Position numbers and translations under genes: made by a program. From positions 55,304,001 to 55,368,000 of the forward strand of contig NC_042999.1 of assembly GCF_006345805.1 (NCBI RefSeq): a stretch of DNA of 64,000 nt, given 5' to 3'. This document shows, in pieces, positions 1-12,890 of the stretch (within the stretch, counting starts at the first letter, position 1; each line of letters starts with the position of its first letter). Below the pieces are notes generated by a model that worked only from the letters and a program-made list of their open reading frames with translations, did not search any database and was not told where the DNA came from. This stretch comes from Octopus sinensis (taxonomy: Eukaryota).

Positions 1-77
1 TCTTCTGCTATAGCCCCGGGCCGACCAAAGCCTTGTGAGTGGATTTGGTAGACGGAAACTGAAAGAAGCCCGTCGTA

Positions 78-130
<53 letters not shown>

Positions 131-345
131 GTTTGTGTGTCTGTCTTTGTCTCCCTAGCATTGCTTGACAATCGATACTGGTGTGTTTACGTCCCCGTCA
201 CTTAGCGGTTCAGCAAAAGAGACCGATAGAATAAGTACTGGGCTTACAAAGAATAAGTCCCGGGGTCGATTTGCTCGACTAAAGGTGGTGCTCCAGCATG
301 GCCGCAGTCAAATGACTGAAACAAGTAAAAGAGTAAAAGAGTAAA
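1..345 (+). mobile_element. tRNA-derived CORE-like SINE, family F1 (OR2-like), 5' end cut by window edge
   Basis: Body 'ctatagccccgggccgaccaaagccttgtgagtggatttgg..gaaagaagcccgtcg', internal (TA)n/(TG)n tract, tail 'ggccgcagtcaaatgactgaaacaagtaaaaga'; same layout recurs >12 times in the window. Confidence 0.85.
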
Positions 346-398
346 ACGCACACGAATGTATACATAAATATATATAGATATTATTATTATTATTATTT

Positions 399-449
<51 letters not shown>

Positions 450-800
450 GCGCCGGAGGCAGTATTAGTATCAGAAAACAATCTTTATACCCAACTTAAC
501 GTGGATATCTTGTTAGAACACAGAATACTGCGTTATTTGCCTCGAGAGAACTTCTTATAACGGCGCTTGGTGCCTCAAAACACATGTAGAGATCGTAGCG
601 GATTTGATTCATGTTACAGGCGCCGGAGCTCCCGCATTACGCGGTTTCGGTTTGCGGGACATTATGCATAGGAGGCCGCCGGTCATCGCACACCAGGAAA
701 ATCTCGCTCCTACGATATATAGAATATCACCATTTCAGATACTGATGTCGCAAAACGAACTAGATTTCTGCAAGAAGCCTTCGTAACTTTAAGTCGCAAA
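450..800 (+). mobile_element. Decayed RTE-like LINE 3' fragment
   Basis: One frame reads 'RFRFAGHYA*..RPP..ISDTDVAKR', resembling the RTE C-terminal 'RLRFAGHC..R..W.P...DT' pattern; stops and frameshifts. Confidence 0.35.
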
Positions 801-818
801 ACAAATCAAACTATTTAA

Positions 819-899
<81 letters not shown>

Positions 900-901
900 G
901 G

Positions 902-1203
902 TGCAGGAATGGCTGTATGGTAAGAAGCTTGCTTCCCAACAACATGGTTCCAGGTTCAGTCCCACTGCGTGACACTTTACGCAAGTGTCTTTTACTATAG
1001 CCTCGGGCTGATTGAAGCCTTGTGAGTGGATATGATATGTTTTCCCTCACCATCTCTTGACAAACGATGTTAGTGTGTTTACGTCCCCGAACAGCAAAAG
1101 AGACCGATAGAATAAGTGATATTCTTACAAAGAATAAGTCCTTAGTCTATTTGTTCGACTAAAGGTGGTACTTAATGACTTAAACAAGTAAAAGACAAAA
1201 AGA
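902..1203 (+). mobile_element. F1 SINE, internally deleted
   Basis: Head 'gcaggaatggctgtatggtaagaagcttgc..ggttcagtccc' (A/B-box-like) and F1 tail. Confidence 0.8.
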
Positions 1204-1218
1204 ATATATGCATGTATT

Positions 1219-1255
<37 letters not shown>

Positions 1256-1282
1256 ATGTATGTATGTATGTATGTATGTATG

Positions 1283-1316
<34 letters not shown>

Positions 1317-1330
1317 TATATATATATATA

Positions 1331-1397
<67 letters not shown>

Positions 1398-2018
1398 AAT
1401 ATATATATATATATAATATATATATATCAAGAGTTGACCAGACAGAACACAAGGAGAAAACGTTAGAGAAAAGCAGAGCAAAAGAGAAACTAGACGAAAA
1501 CTTAACGGATGGGAAATACAGACAAAGACGCGATACACTGAATATTCGCAGCTGAGTTTTCTCGTTAGTCAATGAGCCAAAATATCATAGCAGTTTCGTG
1601 CCATTATCACTGAGACCACCCAATCTTGGAGGTGCCAGTGCTATTATTAACCTACTGGGAAAAAACTAGCGTATTTATATAAATACAGCAGACGAAGAAT
1701 TATGCATATATAACAGCACGAAGCCTTACGGTTATATGCAACAGATGAAAAAAAACTCTGATAATTATACAAATACCACAAATACAATAGAAAGAGCTTT
1801 GCAGCTATCAAAAAAACTTAGTAGAGAAGCGCTGGGGTAAATGGATGTAGCAGGAACCCAGACTAGCATGACCAGTCTTGCCAAAGGTAGTGCGAAAAAG
1901 AACAACACTGCCTTCACCGGACAACGGTCACGTGGTAGGGTAGAGGAAGTATAAAGAGGGGGAAAGAATGGGATACAAAGAGGGAGAGAGAGAACGAAGG
2001 AGCATGTATATACATGTG

Positions 2019-2052
<34 letters not shown>

Positions 2053-2071
2053 ATATATATAATATATATAT

Positions 2072-2175
<104 letters not shown>

Positions 2176-2177
2176 TG

Positions 2178-2215
<38 letters not shown>

Positions 2216-2443
2216 TGTTGTTGATAAAACATGTTCTTTGTCTATCTACTTATCCTCTTGGTGATTTTGGATAAAAAGAAAATTATGCAAATGAGTCCTT
2301 CGAATTTAACTAAATTCTATATTTTTATGCAGCTGAAGATTGCTCTACATTTTAAACTGATGTAATGTTTGCATTGTTCAATTAAATGGAGTCGCATGAA
2401 ACGATCGTACTTCACTACCTCTGGATATCCTTGTTGCTTATTT

Positions 2444-2475
<32 letters not shown>

Positions 2476-2477
<2 letters not shown>

Positions 2478-2565
2478 CGGGAAGGTTTACGAAAATAAAC
2501 AAAAGACGAAGGCAGGTGGAGTACAAACAAACAAATGTATTAGTATGGCGCTCAGGAATATATAT
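2476..2565 (-). mobile_element. Solo 3' tail of the Penelope-like pLTR
   Basis: Reverse complement matches pLTR terminus 'tcctgagcgccatactaatac..ccacctgccttcgtcttttgtttattttc..cttcccgtta' (17015-17096); abuts (TA)n. Confidence 0.8.
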
Positions 2566-3334
2566 ACATACATATATGTATTTATGTATGTATATGTATT
2601 TATATAATTGATTCTGTTCTCTACTGATATACTTACATTAAGTACAACTTTACACAGCCCACAACTGAAGTAGCTAACTCGCAAATATCATTTGAAAATA
2701 TCCATCTAAGATGATAAAAGGCTAGATTATATATTTAGTGTGCAATATTTCATAGGATACGATAAATTGCCATTTAATGTAGTTTTATACTAAGCTCATT
2801 ATGTTATTTGGAGGGGAAAGGCAGTCACAAAATATCTCGACTCTGATCTTCCTATGAGCAATCAAGCATGAATGTTTTATATATTCTTTAATTAAGTTTC
2901 TTGTAACGTATCCCGGATTTATATTCACTTTTTGGCGGTACTTTGTAACTTTCAACACTAGTAATTTAAAACACTTGGCGCACACTCATACATACATAAA
3001 TACCTACATACATACATACATACATACATACATACATACATACATACGTATACATATGTAAACGGACATATACTTTTATGTAGCTACTTTAGTCTCATTA
3101 AATGTACCATACATTAAATGATTGTGAATATTTAATTTTGAACAAAAAGCATAAGCTTTCATAAGTTTTCTTTTAGAGAAAGATAATAAAATTAGTTTTT
3201 GGTGAGGAATTTAATACAAGCTATGTTTGCGAATAGTACTCAACCACACAAGCTTAATCGTACACACACACGCACACAACCACATGTGCACACACACAGA
3301 CACAATTCACACACACACACACACACACATTTCT

Positions 3335-3610
3335 CTCTCCGTCGATGTCGACGAGTGTTTTAGTTGATGTGATGAACGGAACAGCCTGCTCGCGAAATTA
3401 AATTCGCAACTGGCCGAGGACTCCACAGACTCGCATAACCATTAACATAGTTCTTAAGGAGATTCATTGTGACACAAGTTGTAACAAGACCGAACCCCTT
3501 TGAATTACAGGTCCAACTCGTTTTTCCCAGCGGAATGGACCGGAGTAACGCGAAACCAGGTGTCTTGTTCGATGATTCAGCCTGTTGCCGAGTATGGAAC
3601 TCATGTCCTA
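3335..3610 (-). mobile_element. SINE family F3 (decayed)
   Basis: Reverse complement matches the F3 body 'acctgtaattcaaaggg..gcaggctgttccg..cactcgtcg' at 28170, 37372, 39275. Confidence 0.7.
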
Positions 3611-3707
3611 TCAGAGAGGTATCTGCCAAATTTCTAATGGCCGCTGTCTAATAACTGAAACAAGTAAAAGAAAAGAATCGTAAATTTAACCACGAATATA
3701 CAGACAC

Positions 3708-4265
3708 GCAGGAAGTAAATAGACACCTTTAATTTTCAAAATATCTTATTTGATATTCATTGGTTTAAGGAGAGGTTTTCTTCTAGCTGCTCGTCCATAA
3801 TACCCAAGCTTATGCAGAAATGTAACACACGTTCTTGGACTAACTTCTAACTGTTTTACAATGTCAGAAGCCTTTGAACGGGGTTCGTTTTCCACAATTC
3901 TCTTCAAACAACGAAGCTTCCTTTCCGAGGGCCCAGGTCGGCCGGGACGAGAATTTGTTGATTCTTTTCCTTGGCATTTGAATTGCAATATAATTCTATT
4001 AACAGCAGCAAGAGGAATTTGAAGATTTTCAGCAATTTTTCGCTGGCTAAGACCAGCTTCAGGTTGCCCAACAATACGACCGCTTTGAAAATCTGACAGT
4101 TCTGCTGAATTTTTTGTGCGTGGCATGATTACTCTTCGCAAATGTTTAATATAATGGCTCCTGGAATGAGAAAACATAATTACATGGTAAATTCTACACC
4201 ACTGAAAACATTAAGACGCTTAGATTGGAAATTTTGACAATTAAAAGTGTCTATTTACTCCCTGC
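3708..4265 (-). mobile_element. Internally deleted Tc1 element (both TIRs, HTH part of transposase only)
   Basis: 35-bp TIRs at 3708-3742 and 4231-4265 (3 mismatches); ORF 'MPRTKNSAELSDFQSGRIVG..GLSQRKIAENL..RAARRKPLL' = Tc1 paired-like DNA-binding domain; no DDE domain. Confidence 0.85.
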
Positions 4266-4624
4266 ATGTCTGTGTAGATTACTACTTAAACGTTAACTTC
4301 TTTAAAATATCTAACTTCTATTTTCCTATTTGGATCCTGGTCAAATAAATCGTCAGGTGAAACTTAGAAGTCCCACTGAACAGGAATTCTTTAATTAGTG
4401 TGTGCATTTAAATGTATGTATATGTATATGTGTGTGTATATATGTATGTGTGTGCGTGTGTATGTTTGTGTGCGCGTGTAAGTGTGTAGGTTTAAAAGGA
4501 GAAGCATTCAATAAACAGTAAACTCCACGAAAACCTTTCTGCTCTTTTTGTTGACAAACAGTAACATTTGAATGCGTTATAGATACATATACACATCCAT
4601 ACATAGCTATGTCCCCTCTCTCTC

Positions 4625-4691
<67 letters not shown>

Positions 4692-4778
4692 GTGTGTGTG
4701 TATTAATTTATTTATGTATATCATATAAATTACCCAGTAATAAAGTAAGTATATACACACACACACATTCATATATAT

Positions 4779-4846
<68 letters not shown>

Positions 4847-5458
4847 TGTATAAATATCTGCATGTATGTATATCGTTTAGCAAACTACAAGCACAGCGTG
4901 GTCGTGAATAAGTATAATTAAATGTATATATAGTGAAATTATATCCAATATTTTAAAGAAATCTATATTTACGGACGCTGTTGCAATAAAGTCGGTATAC
5001 AACCACAGGAGTTTCGGTAGCAAAGTTTCGTTTTACAAAAGAAAATAGAGTGTAAGTTCGGAGGTGAGAAATGCTGTAAGCGATCCCTGATGTGGGTTGA
5101 GAAATAACGAAACCAGTCGGACATTCTGCTGTCTCAGCAGCCGAAACTCCTGTGGTTTCTTCCGAGATTATATTTTTGAAGTGACTCTTTATGTTTCTAG
5201 CACTTGATTTTGATGCACATGCATTACACATATCTCACTGCCACTCTCTTTCTGTGTGTATGTGTGTGGTGTGGTGTGTGTGTGTGTGTGTGTGTGTGTA
5301 GAAAGTGCGATGAAGCCAACGACCGGCAAAAATTCGAAGTTACTTTCAATATTTTCTTGTCAAATTACATTTGATATTCTACGTTAAGGTATTTAGTGAT
5401 CCTTCAAATAACGTTTGACTGCTTCTTTCATTCATTCTTTCCTTCTTTATATATATAT

Positions 5459-5637
5459 ACAGGAGGGGATGTGTGGTAAGTAGCTTGTCTACTAACCACA
5501 TGGTTCTGGGTTCAGTCCCACTGCGTGGCACCTTGGGCAAGTGTCTTCTACTATAGCCTCGGGCTGACCAAAGCCTTGTGAGTGGATTTGGTAGTCGGAA
5601 ACTGAAAGAAGCCCGTCGTATTTATGTGTATATATAT

Positions 5638-5674
<37 letters not shown>

Positions 5675-5878
5675 GCGTGGGTGTGTTTGTGTGTCTGTTT
5701 TTGTCCCCGTTACCAGGTGTGTTTATGTCCCCGTTACCTAGCGGTTCGGCAAAAGAGACCGACAGAATAAGTACTGGACTTACAAAAGAATAAGTCCCGG
5801 GGTCGAGTTGCTCGATTAAAGGCGGTGCTCCAGCATGGCTGCAGTCAAATGACTGAAACAAGTAAAAGAATAAAAGAG
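5459..5878 (+). mobile_element. F1 SINE, full length
   Basis: Head, CORE-like 'ggcaccttgggcaagtgtcttctactatagcctc', microsatellite, tail. Confidence 0.85.
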
Positions 5879-6324
5879 TATATATATATACATACATGCA
5901 TATATGGGTACAGGACGACGCCAACTGTGTAAACAACACGAAGTACGAAAACAAACGAGTTAAATACGCAAGCGAGGAGAGAAAAATAGAAAACGGGACA
6001 AGTAACATAAATAACGACCCTTCATAAGTTGTCGGCTGTCTATCTACTCCTCATTTCGAGCATTCAACGACAATATGAGTCTTCGAAGGCAGTTGCTCCC
6101 ATAAGTTCCAAAATAAAATTCTGGATTTATGGAGGGTCAAAGTCGGAAACAAAAACAGGACAATGGAGACATACAAGGAAACCTGCATCTAGCAGCTCAC
6201 CTGTGACTGACCGGCGTCCCGTCAAGGTGGGGAACCTATACTTCAATGAAACCGGGAAACTGGCCCTCATGAGCTAGACATGGCTCAAAACGGAACAAAC
6301 AAAAAAAAAACACACACACACATA

Positions 6325-6620
6325 CACATAGTGATTGTCCAGACTATCGGATGTTGTTATACATCACGGGTCACAATGCGCGATTTGCATCGTTTTTAGC
6401 TTTCGAATGCTGAAACCTTGCTGGTTAGGTGAGCAGGGTAACATTGCTTTCGATCGGAAAGCTATTACTCCGTTGCATGGTGTGCCTATTTACAGTTGAG
6501 TGGACTGGTGCAAAGTGAAATGAAAAATTTCCTCAAGAACACAACGCATTGCCCGGTCCTGGAATGGAGCCCACGATCCCCAGATCGTGAGCATAACACC
6601 CGAGCCACCAGGCCACACAC
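6325..6620 (-). mobile_element. tRNA-head SINE family F4
   Basis: Reverse complement starts 'gtgtggcctggtggctcgggtg..cgtgggctccattcc..gcgttgtgttcttgagg'; same head at 56148 (+). Confidence 0.65.
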
Positions 6621-6806
6621 CTACACACACGAGGGCGCGCGGACTCACGTGCGTACTCTGTCACTCATTTACGTATAAATTTGCGTATATAAAGCCATGT
6701 TGTCAAAATACGAAGATTTGATAGACAAATGTTGATAAACACACGTAAAAAGAATTAAAATCTGTTTTATAGATAGAGAGGATTATTATTATTATTATTA
6801 TTATTA

Positions 6807-6851
<45 letters not shown>

Positions 6852-7649
6852 TATAGTAGAATGAGAGAGCGGCGGAGGAATTTTGGTAAACAACAAAAAC
6901 ATCAATTACAAGAACCATCAGCGTGCTATTCATAACAGCGGATGTTTTCGCGTAAACCGGGCAAAGAACGAAAGTTCGATTTTCATTGGTAGATTTCTGT
7001 GATTACGTCACACGTACATATGAAACCTCGCCCACGTCACAGTCGCTGGTATTTTTCTTAGTTTTTAAGCCTGCTTCCATGTAAACGTCACATTTGTTTT
7101 CTTTGCACTCTCTAGCTATGCTGCCTCGTTGAGTGCAAGTGTGTGGTGTGTGCGTGTATTCATATATATACATACATATATACATACATACATACATACA
7201 TACATACATACATTCACACACACGGATTTATATATATATATATAGATATATATATATATATATATATAATATATATATATATTATATATATATGTGTATA
7301 TATATACACGTATGTATATTTGTATATATATGTATGTCTATGTATAATATGGTGCCAGTTGTGAAGCGTGTCGAGTCGCTTGGAGATTTAAGACATTCCA
7401 CTGCAAAAGCGATGATGGTGTTTTCACATGGGGCTCGTCCCATTCATCATCCTCATTCTTTTGTTTCGTTGTTTTTTTTCTTTTTGTTGGGGGTGGATGT
7501 GACTGGGGGTGTTTTGGTTAGGTGGGAGTGCGGGCGGGCTTTCGGTGGGTTTGTGGTCGTCGGTGGGTGTGTAGTTGTTTAGAAAATAAAGAAAAAAATG
7601 TAAGCTAGGAATAAACGGAATTACAGATTTGTACTACTGATATATAAAC

Positions 7650-7654
7650 GTATT

Positions 7655-7691
<37 letters not shown>

Positions 7692-8000
7692 ATGTGTTTA
7701 TACATATGCATATTATGCATATATATATACATACATACATACACAAATACATTCGTATGTATTTATTATAAACATACATCTATACACACGGAAAGACAGT
7801 CAGACAGACACACACACATATATATATACACACACATACATGCATATATATATACACATACAAACATATATATATATATATGCATACATATATATATACA
7901 TATGCACATACATCTTATATACATATATAGACACACACACATATATATACATACGTACATACATATACACACACATATATATATATACACATACGTACAT

Positions 8001-8049
<49 letters not shown>

Positions 8050-8545
8050 TCAGATAACATATATATATAAACATACATACAGATACATATACATATACAC
8101 ATACATACATACACACACACACGTACACACACGCACACATATACATACAGACACATACATACACACATACATACATACACACATACATACATACACACAC
8201 ATACATACACACACACAAACATATACATACACACACCTATACATACATACATACACACATACATACATACACACACATACATACACACAGACATGCATAC
8301 ACACACATACATGCACACATACATACACACACATACATACACACACGCAAACATATACATACACACACCTGTACATACATACACACATACATACATACAT
8401 ACACACAGACATACATACACACAGACATACATACACACACATACATGCATACACACACATACATACATACACGCACACATATACATACACACACATACAC
8501 ACATACACACATACACACATACATACATACATACACGCATATATA
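7650..8545. repeat. Compound (TA)n/(CA)n/(CATA)n microsatellite-minisatellite
   Basis: Continuous 'acatacatacacacac'-type array; source of several spurious ORFs. Confidence 0.95.
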
Positions 8546-8855
8546 TGATTCAAATTTTGGCACAAGGCCAGCAATTTCGGGTTGGACGCTATGTTGATGA
8601 CATGGATCTCAGTGCTCAACTAGTGCTTACGTATTTTATCGACACCGAGAGGGTGAAAAATAAAGAATTTTATTTGAGGACGGAGAGAGGGACGAAATAC
8701 AGCTAAGTATTCTGTCCGCTGTGCCAACGTTCCTGGTTGCTGACTGCCTTAGATAATCAAACATAATGGCACCAATTAGAAAAAAGGAAAAGCGTTTCGT
8801 AGAAATGGTTGGTTTTAGGAGGAGGATTGTGCAGGTCCCGTCGGATATATATATA

Positions 8856-9136
8856 CAGGAGTGGCTGTGTGGTAAGTAGCTTGCTTACTAACCACATGGT
8901 TCCGGGTTCAGTCCCACTGCGTGGCACCTTGGGAAAGTGTCTTCTACTTTGGCCTTGGGTCGACAAAACCTTTTTGAGTGGATTTGGTAGACGGAAACTG
9001 AAAGAAGCCCGTCGTATATATGTATATGTATGTGCGTGTGTGTATTTGTGTGTCTGTTTTTGTCCCCTAGCATTGCTTGACAACCGATGCTTGTGTGTTT
9101 ATGTCCCCGTTTCTTAGCGGTTCGGTAAAAGAAACC
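8856..9136 (+). mobile_element. F1 SINE, 3' truncated
   Basis: Head 'caggagtggctgtgtggtaagtagc' through 'ttagcggttcgg'. Confidence 0.85.
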
Positions 9137-9239
9137 GGCTTATATCGATTACTAGCTATTAACTCAGAGGGTTTCCCAAGAATTGCACATCTGGGTCCGG
9201 TATGAAACTAGTCATTTTATTTTTAAGCTTTGTGTTGGG

Positions 9240-9797
9240 GGTACCAAAGAGTGAGAGAGCAGTGCCTTCCATCAAAGTGACACTGGGTTAAAATATACGA
9301 AGCCCAGTATACCTATCATGACTACCCGTCTGATAAGGGTACAGCAGGCACATGCATCACAACCATATGTGCGCGACATGGTGATCTCATTGCAAGATAA
9401 ACAGCACATGACCTTGCAGGTGGGGCCCAGTTAGAATTTTCTTCTGGTCGAGTAACCCATCCCTCTCGAAAGGTCCCTGAATAAGGGCTGTTTAATGATG
9501 TTGAACGAAACACCCATGTTTCAAGAGGTGAATTATTCAAACCCTAAAGAATCCATCTCAACACATGGCTATGATGCTCCCCCACTACTTCTTCTCGTGA
9601 TCAGAGATGCACATATGGTCAGCCACTAAGGAGCATGCTCAACTGGTTAAGGTCAAACAACTGACAAGCAAATCTATGGTATTGAGCAGAATATTTGCCG
9701 TAGTCCATCTTTTATACCAAGACAAAACAATGTACATGATAACACTTCCAATCAGTTAAGATCAGAAGCCATGAGAGCCACTGCCTGGTATTCCATC
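9240..9797. repeat. Unclassified interspersed repeat
   Basis: 9316-9590 is highly similar to 55488-55761 ('atcatgactacccgtctgataa..gatgctcccccac'). Confidence 0.75.
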
Positions 9798-9810
9798 AGG
9801 GCATTTATTA

Positions 9811-9865
<55 letters not shown>

Positions 9866-10105
9866 CATTATTATTATTATTGTTGTTGTTGTTTTTGTTG
9901 TTGTTGTTGTTATTGGATGATGTAGTCCTCTATGTACTATGTCTGAAAAAAAAAGAAAAGAAGAAAAAAGAAAAGGGAAAAGATTGTGTAGGTTGTAAGG
10001 AAGACATAACCATTTTGGCAAATGGCACGGATTCTGCTAGAGATATGTTGATAGTTGAGGAGGAAATGTTCTAAGGAATGGTGTACACTGAAGTTAACTG
10101 AGAAA

Positions 10106-10167
<62 letters not shown>

Positions 10168-10332
10168 AGAAAGAGAGAGAGAGAGAGAGATAGGAGAGAA
10201 AGGACAGTCTTCTTCAAGACTTCCTGTTACCAAAAATGTTTTTTTTAGTCAAATGAACGTTATGGAAGAAGGCACTTGCTTAAGGTCTCACGCACTTAGA
10301 TCGAACCCGGAACTTCAGCTGCGCCTATACAG

Positions 10333-10403
<71 letters not shown>

Positions 10404-10684
10404 TTATAAATGCCTTTATTCAGCTAAAAACTGACATTCTTCTAATTTCTTTTATTGCTTAAAATATGATTCATATAGAATATATGTAGAAAAAAGAGGT
10501 GAGGTGTGAGATATGAATAGGCAGAGAAGAAGCTATATATAGACATAACAAATTAAATAGGTGGTTTATTAGCAATTTGAACTTAAAGGCAAAATTAATA
10601 GGTGTCACAAAACTGACCAGCTATTGCTAGAAACAAGAGTTAAAATAACTCAAAAACCACATATCACTGTACTGATACATAAAT

Positions 10685-10752
<68 letters not shown>

Positions 10753-10830
10753 TAGATGTATGAATATGAATACATCTATGTATATGTATCTACACACACA
10801 CACACACGCACACATACACACACGCACACG

Positions 10831-10865
<35 letters not shown>

Positions 10866-11069
10866 GCGCGCACACACACACACGCGCGCGCGCACACACA
10901 CACATACACACACGTCTATGAATTTGCTTTGCAAGATTCCTGATGTGAAATTTCGGGATGGTCTCCCCCCCCCCAATAAACACACGCACTATATATTCGT
11001 TCTCCACTCGTTTGTCACTGTTCTTATTCTAACTCATGTCCATTGTCCGGAAATCTTTCGTCACATATC

Positions 11070-11530
11070 TGTGACCTCTTCAGAAACAAAACAATTTACA
11101 ATACCATCTGCGAAAAAGACTGTTTTGAAATAAACCGTTATGGAATATATTCATAAACACTAACTCAAGGAATACTAGTGGAATATTCCCATCAAAACAT
11201 CTGTCAAATATAAACAAAACAGCCCAGATATTGTTGTTTGAGACAGAGAGACAAAGATATGTACCATCATAGGAGGTCAGATATCCTGTGGATATAAATA
11301 TTTCTTTGAAAATCAAAGAAAAATATGACATCTATGGACAACTGCTACGAAAGCTCCAGCCTCTATATCCAGTCTATGAATTCATATTCATACCAATAAT
11401 AATTGGAGCACTAGGTTTTGTTAGTAAATGCTTAAAGGAGAATCTGGCTAAACTGGGATTTTCAGAAAGAGAAATCGACTGGCTGATTCATACATTAAAA
11501 GTGCAATCTGTGAGTGGAACGGTCTGTGTT
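11070..11530 (+). mobile_element. RLE (R4/Dong/NeSL-type) non-LTR retrotransposon 3' fragment
   Basis: Frames give 'PDIVV*DRETKICTI..PVDINISLKIKEKYDIYGQL..FIPIIIGALGFV', the PD-(D/E)xK endonuclease region. Confidence 0.75.
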
Positions 11531-11624
11531 AATTACATCCCAAGGATAGAACCTTTTATCTTTGTTGGAAGCCGGCTCCCTCTTCAGTGGAAGATTTATA
11601 ATACTTAAAAAATAGAAGAGATAT

Positions 11625-11825
11625 CTTTTACTTGTTTCAGTCAGTTGACTGCGGCCATGCTGGAGCACCGCCTTTAGTCGAGCAACTCGGGACTTATTCT
11701 TTGTAAGCCCCGTACTTATTCTATCGGTCTCTTTTGCCGAACCGCTAAGTGACGGGACGTAAACACACCAGCATCGGTTGTCAAGCAATGCTAGGGGGAC
11801 AAACACAGATACACAAACATACACG

Positions 11826-11862
<37 letters not shown>

Positions 11863-12031
11863 GCATATATACGACGGGTTTCTTTCAGTTTCCGTCTACC
11901 AAATCCACTCACAAGGCTTTGGTCGGCCCGAGGCTATAGTAGAAGACACTTGCCCAAGGTGCCACGCAGTGGGACTGAACCCGGAACCATGTGGTTGGTA
12001 AACAAGCTACTTACCACACAGCCACTCCTGC
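11625..12031 (-). mobile_element. F1 SINE, full length
   Basis: Reverse complement of the complete F1 layout. Confidence 0.9.
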
Positions 12032-12419
12032 ATGTATATGTATGTATATATGTATATATATGTGTGTGTTGTGTGTGTGTGTGTGTGTAATAAATGAGGA
12101 AACTAATTTCTGTGTGTCAGTGTGTCACACTTGGAACCCGTCCCTCACTATTCAATGACACTTGTACTGTTGATGATGTTTTAAGTAGTAGTGTTGATGG
12201 TGGCAGTGGGAGTAATAATAAGAGAGAAAGAGTAGGTGTGTGAGGGAAAGAGGGACTGAACACTAAATTTATTTTCTCAGTACCACCACCATCGCCACCA
12301 CATCTGCTATACACGCACCATTCAGACTTCCGACGCCACCACCTTTGACTTCGCCGCCTTCCCCTCCACCAACATCACCACTGTCTTTCACATCGCTTAC
12401 TCTCACCATCGTCCCTGAC

Positions 12420-12825
12420 CGCATCAGCTCGGCATTGGCAAGTGTAATGATGTACCTTTCCAATGTGCATGTTACAAAACTGGCAATGATATGCAGGCGC
12501 CTGTCCGAATGGATTCTCAGAACTTTCAGGATGAGAGGGCAGGGGAACTTTTGACCAAAACCGTTTTGATTTTTCTCGTAATTGTGATCACCACAAAGTG
12601 TAAAATTAACGGCAGAACACAAAGCAATCCAACGAAACTATGTATAGAAGATCCGTCTCAATACAGCAGATTAGACTCAAAAAGTTAAGACTTTACTTTC
12701 TGGAATAAAGGCGAGAAAGATAAACTGTAATATACATCTGAAAGATTCGCGAAGGACTTGTCCTAAAATTTTGCAAAGAAAGTTATACTTACACCAGAAC
12801 AGTGCATCATCATCCAAAGTGAACT
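12420..12825 (+). mobile_element. CR1-like LINE fragment (RT thumb / C-terminus), decayed
   Basis: 'TKLAMICRRLSEWILRTFR' and 'RLYFLE*RRER*TVIYI*KIREGLV' match CR1 motifs; homologous to 56870-57198. Confidence 0.75.
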
Positions 12826-12890
12826 AGTTTATCCTTGAAACTAAATATCTGAGTCCAAGGGGGAGTTTTTTTGGAACAGGGTTACTGGAA

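Noticed and set aside
902-975. tRNA genes
   Set aside because: A/B-box-like heads run into SINE bodies and do not form full cloverleaves; same for all F1-F4 heads
6000-6295. Possible hammerheads in this repeat and at 39020-39070
   Set aside because: Core-like words present but stems I and II cannot be formed
9745-9797. Faint resemblance to the 5S rRNA 3' end
   Set aside because: Too short and gapped to support
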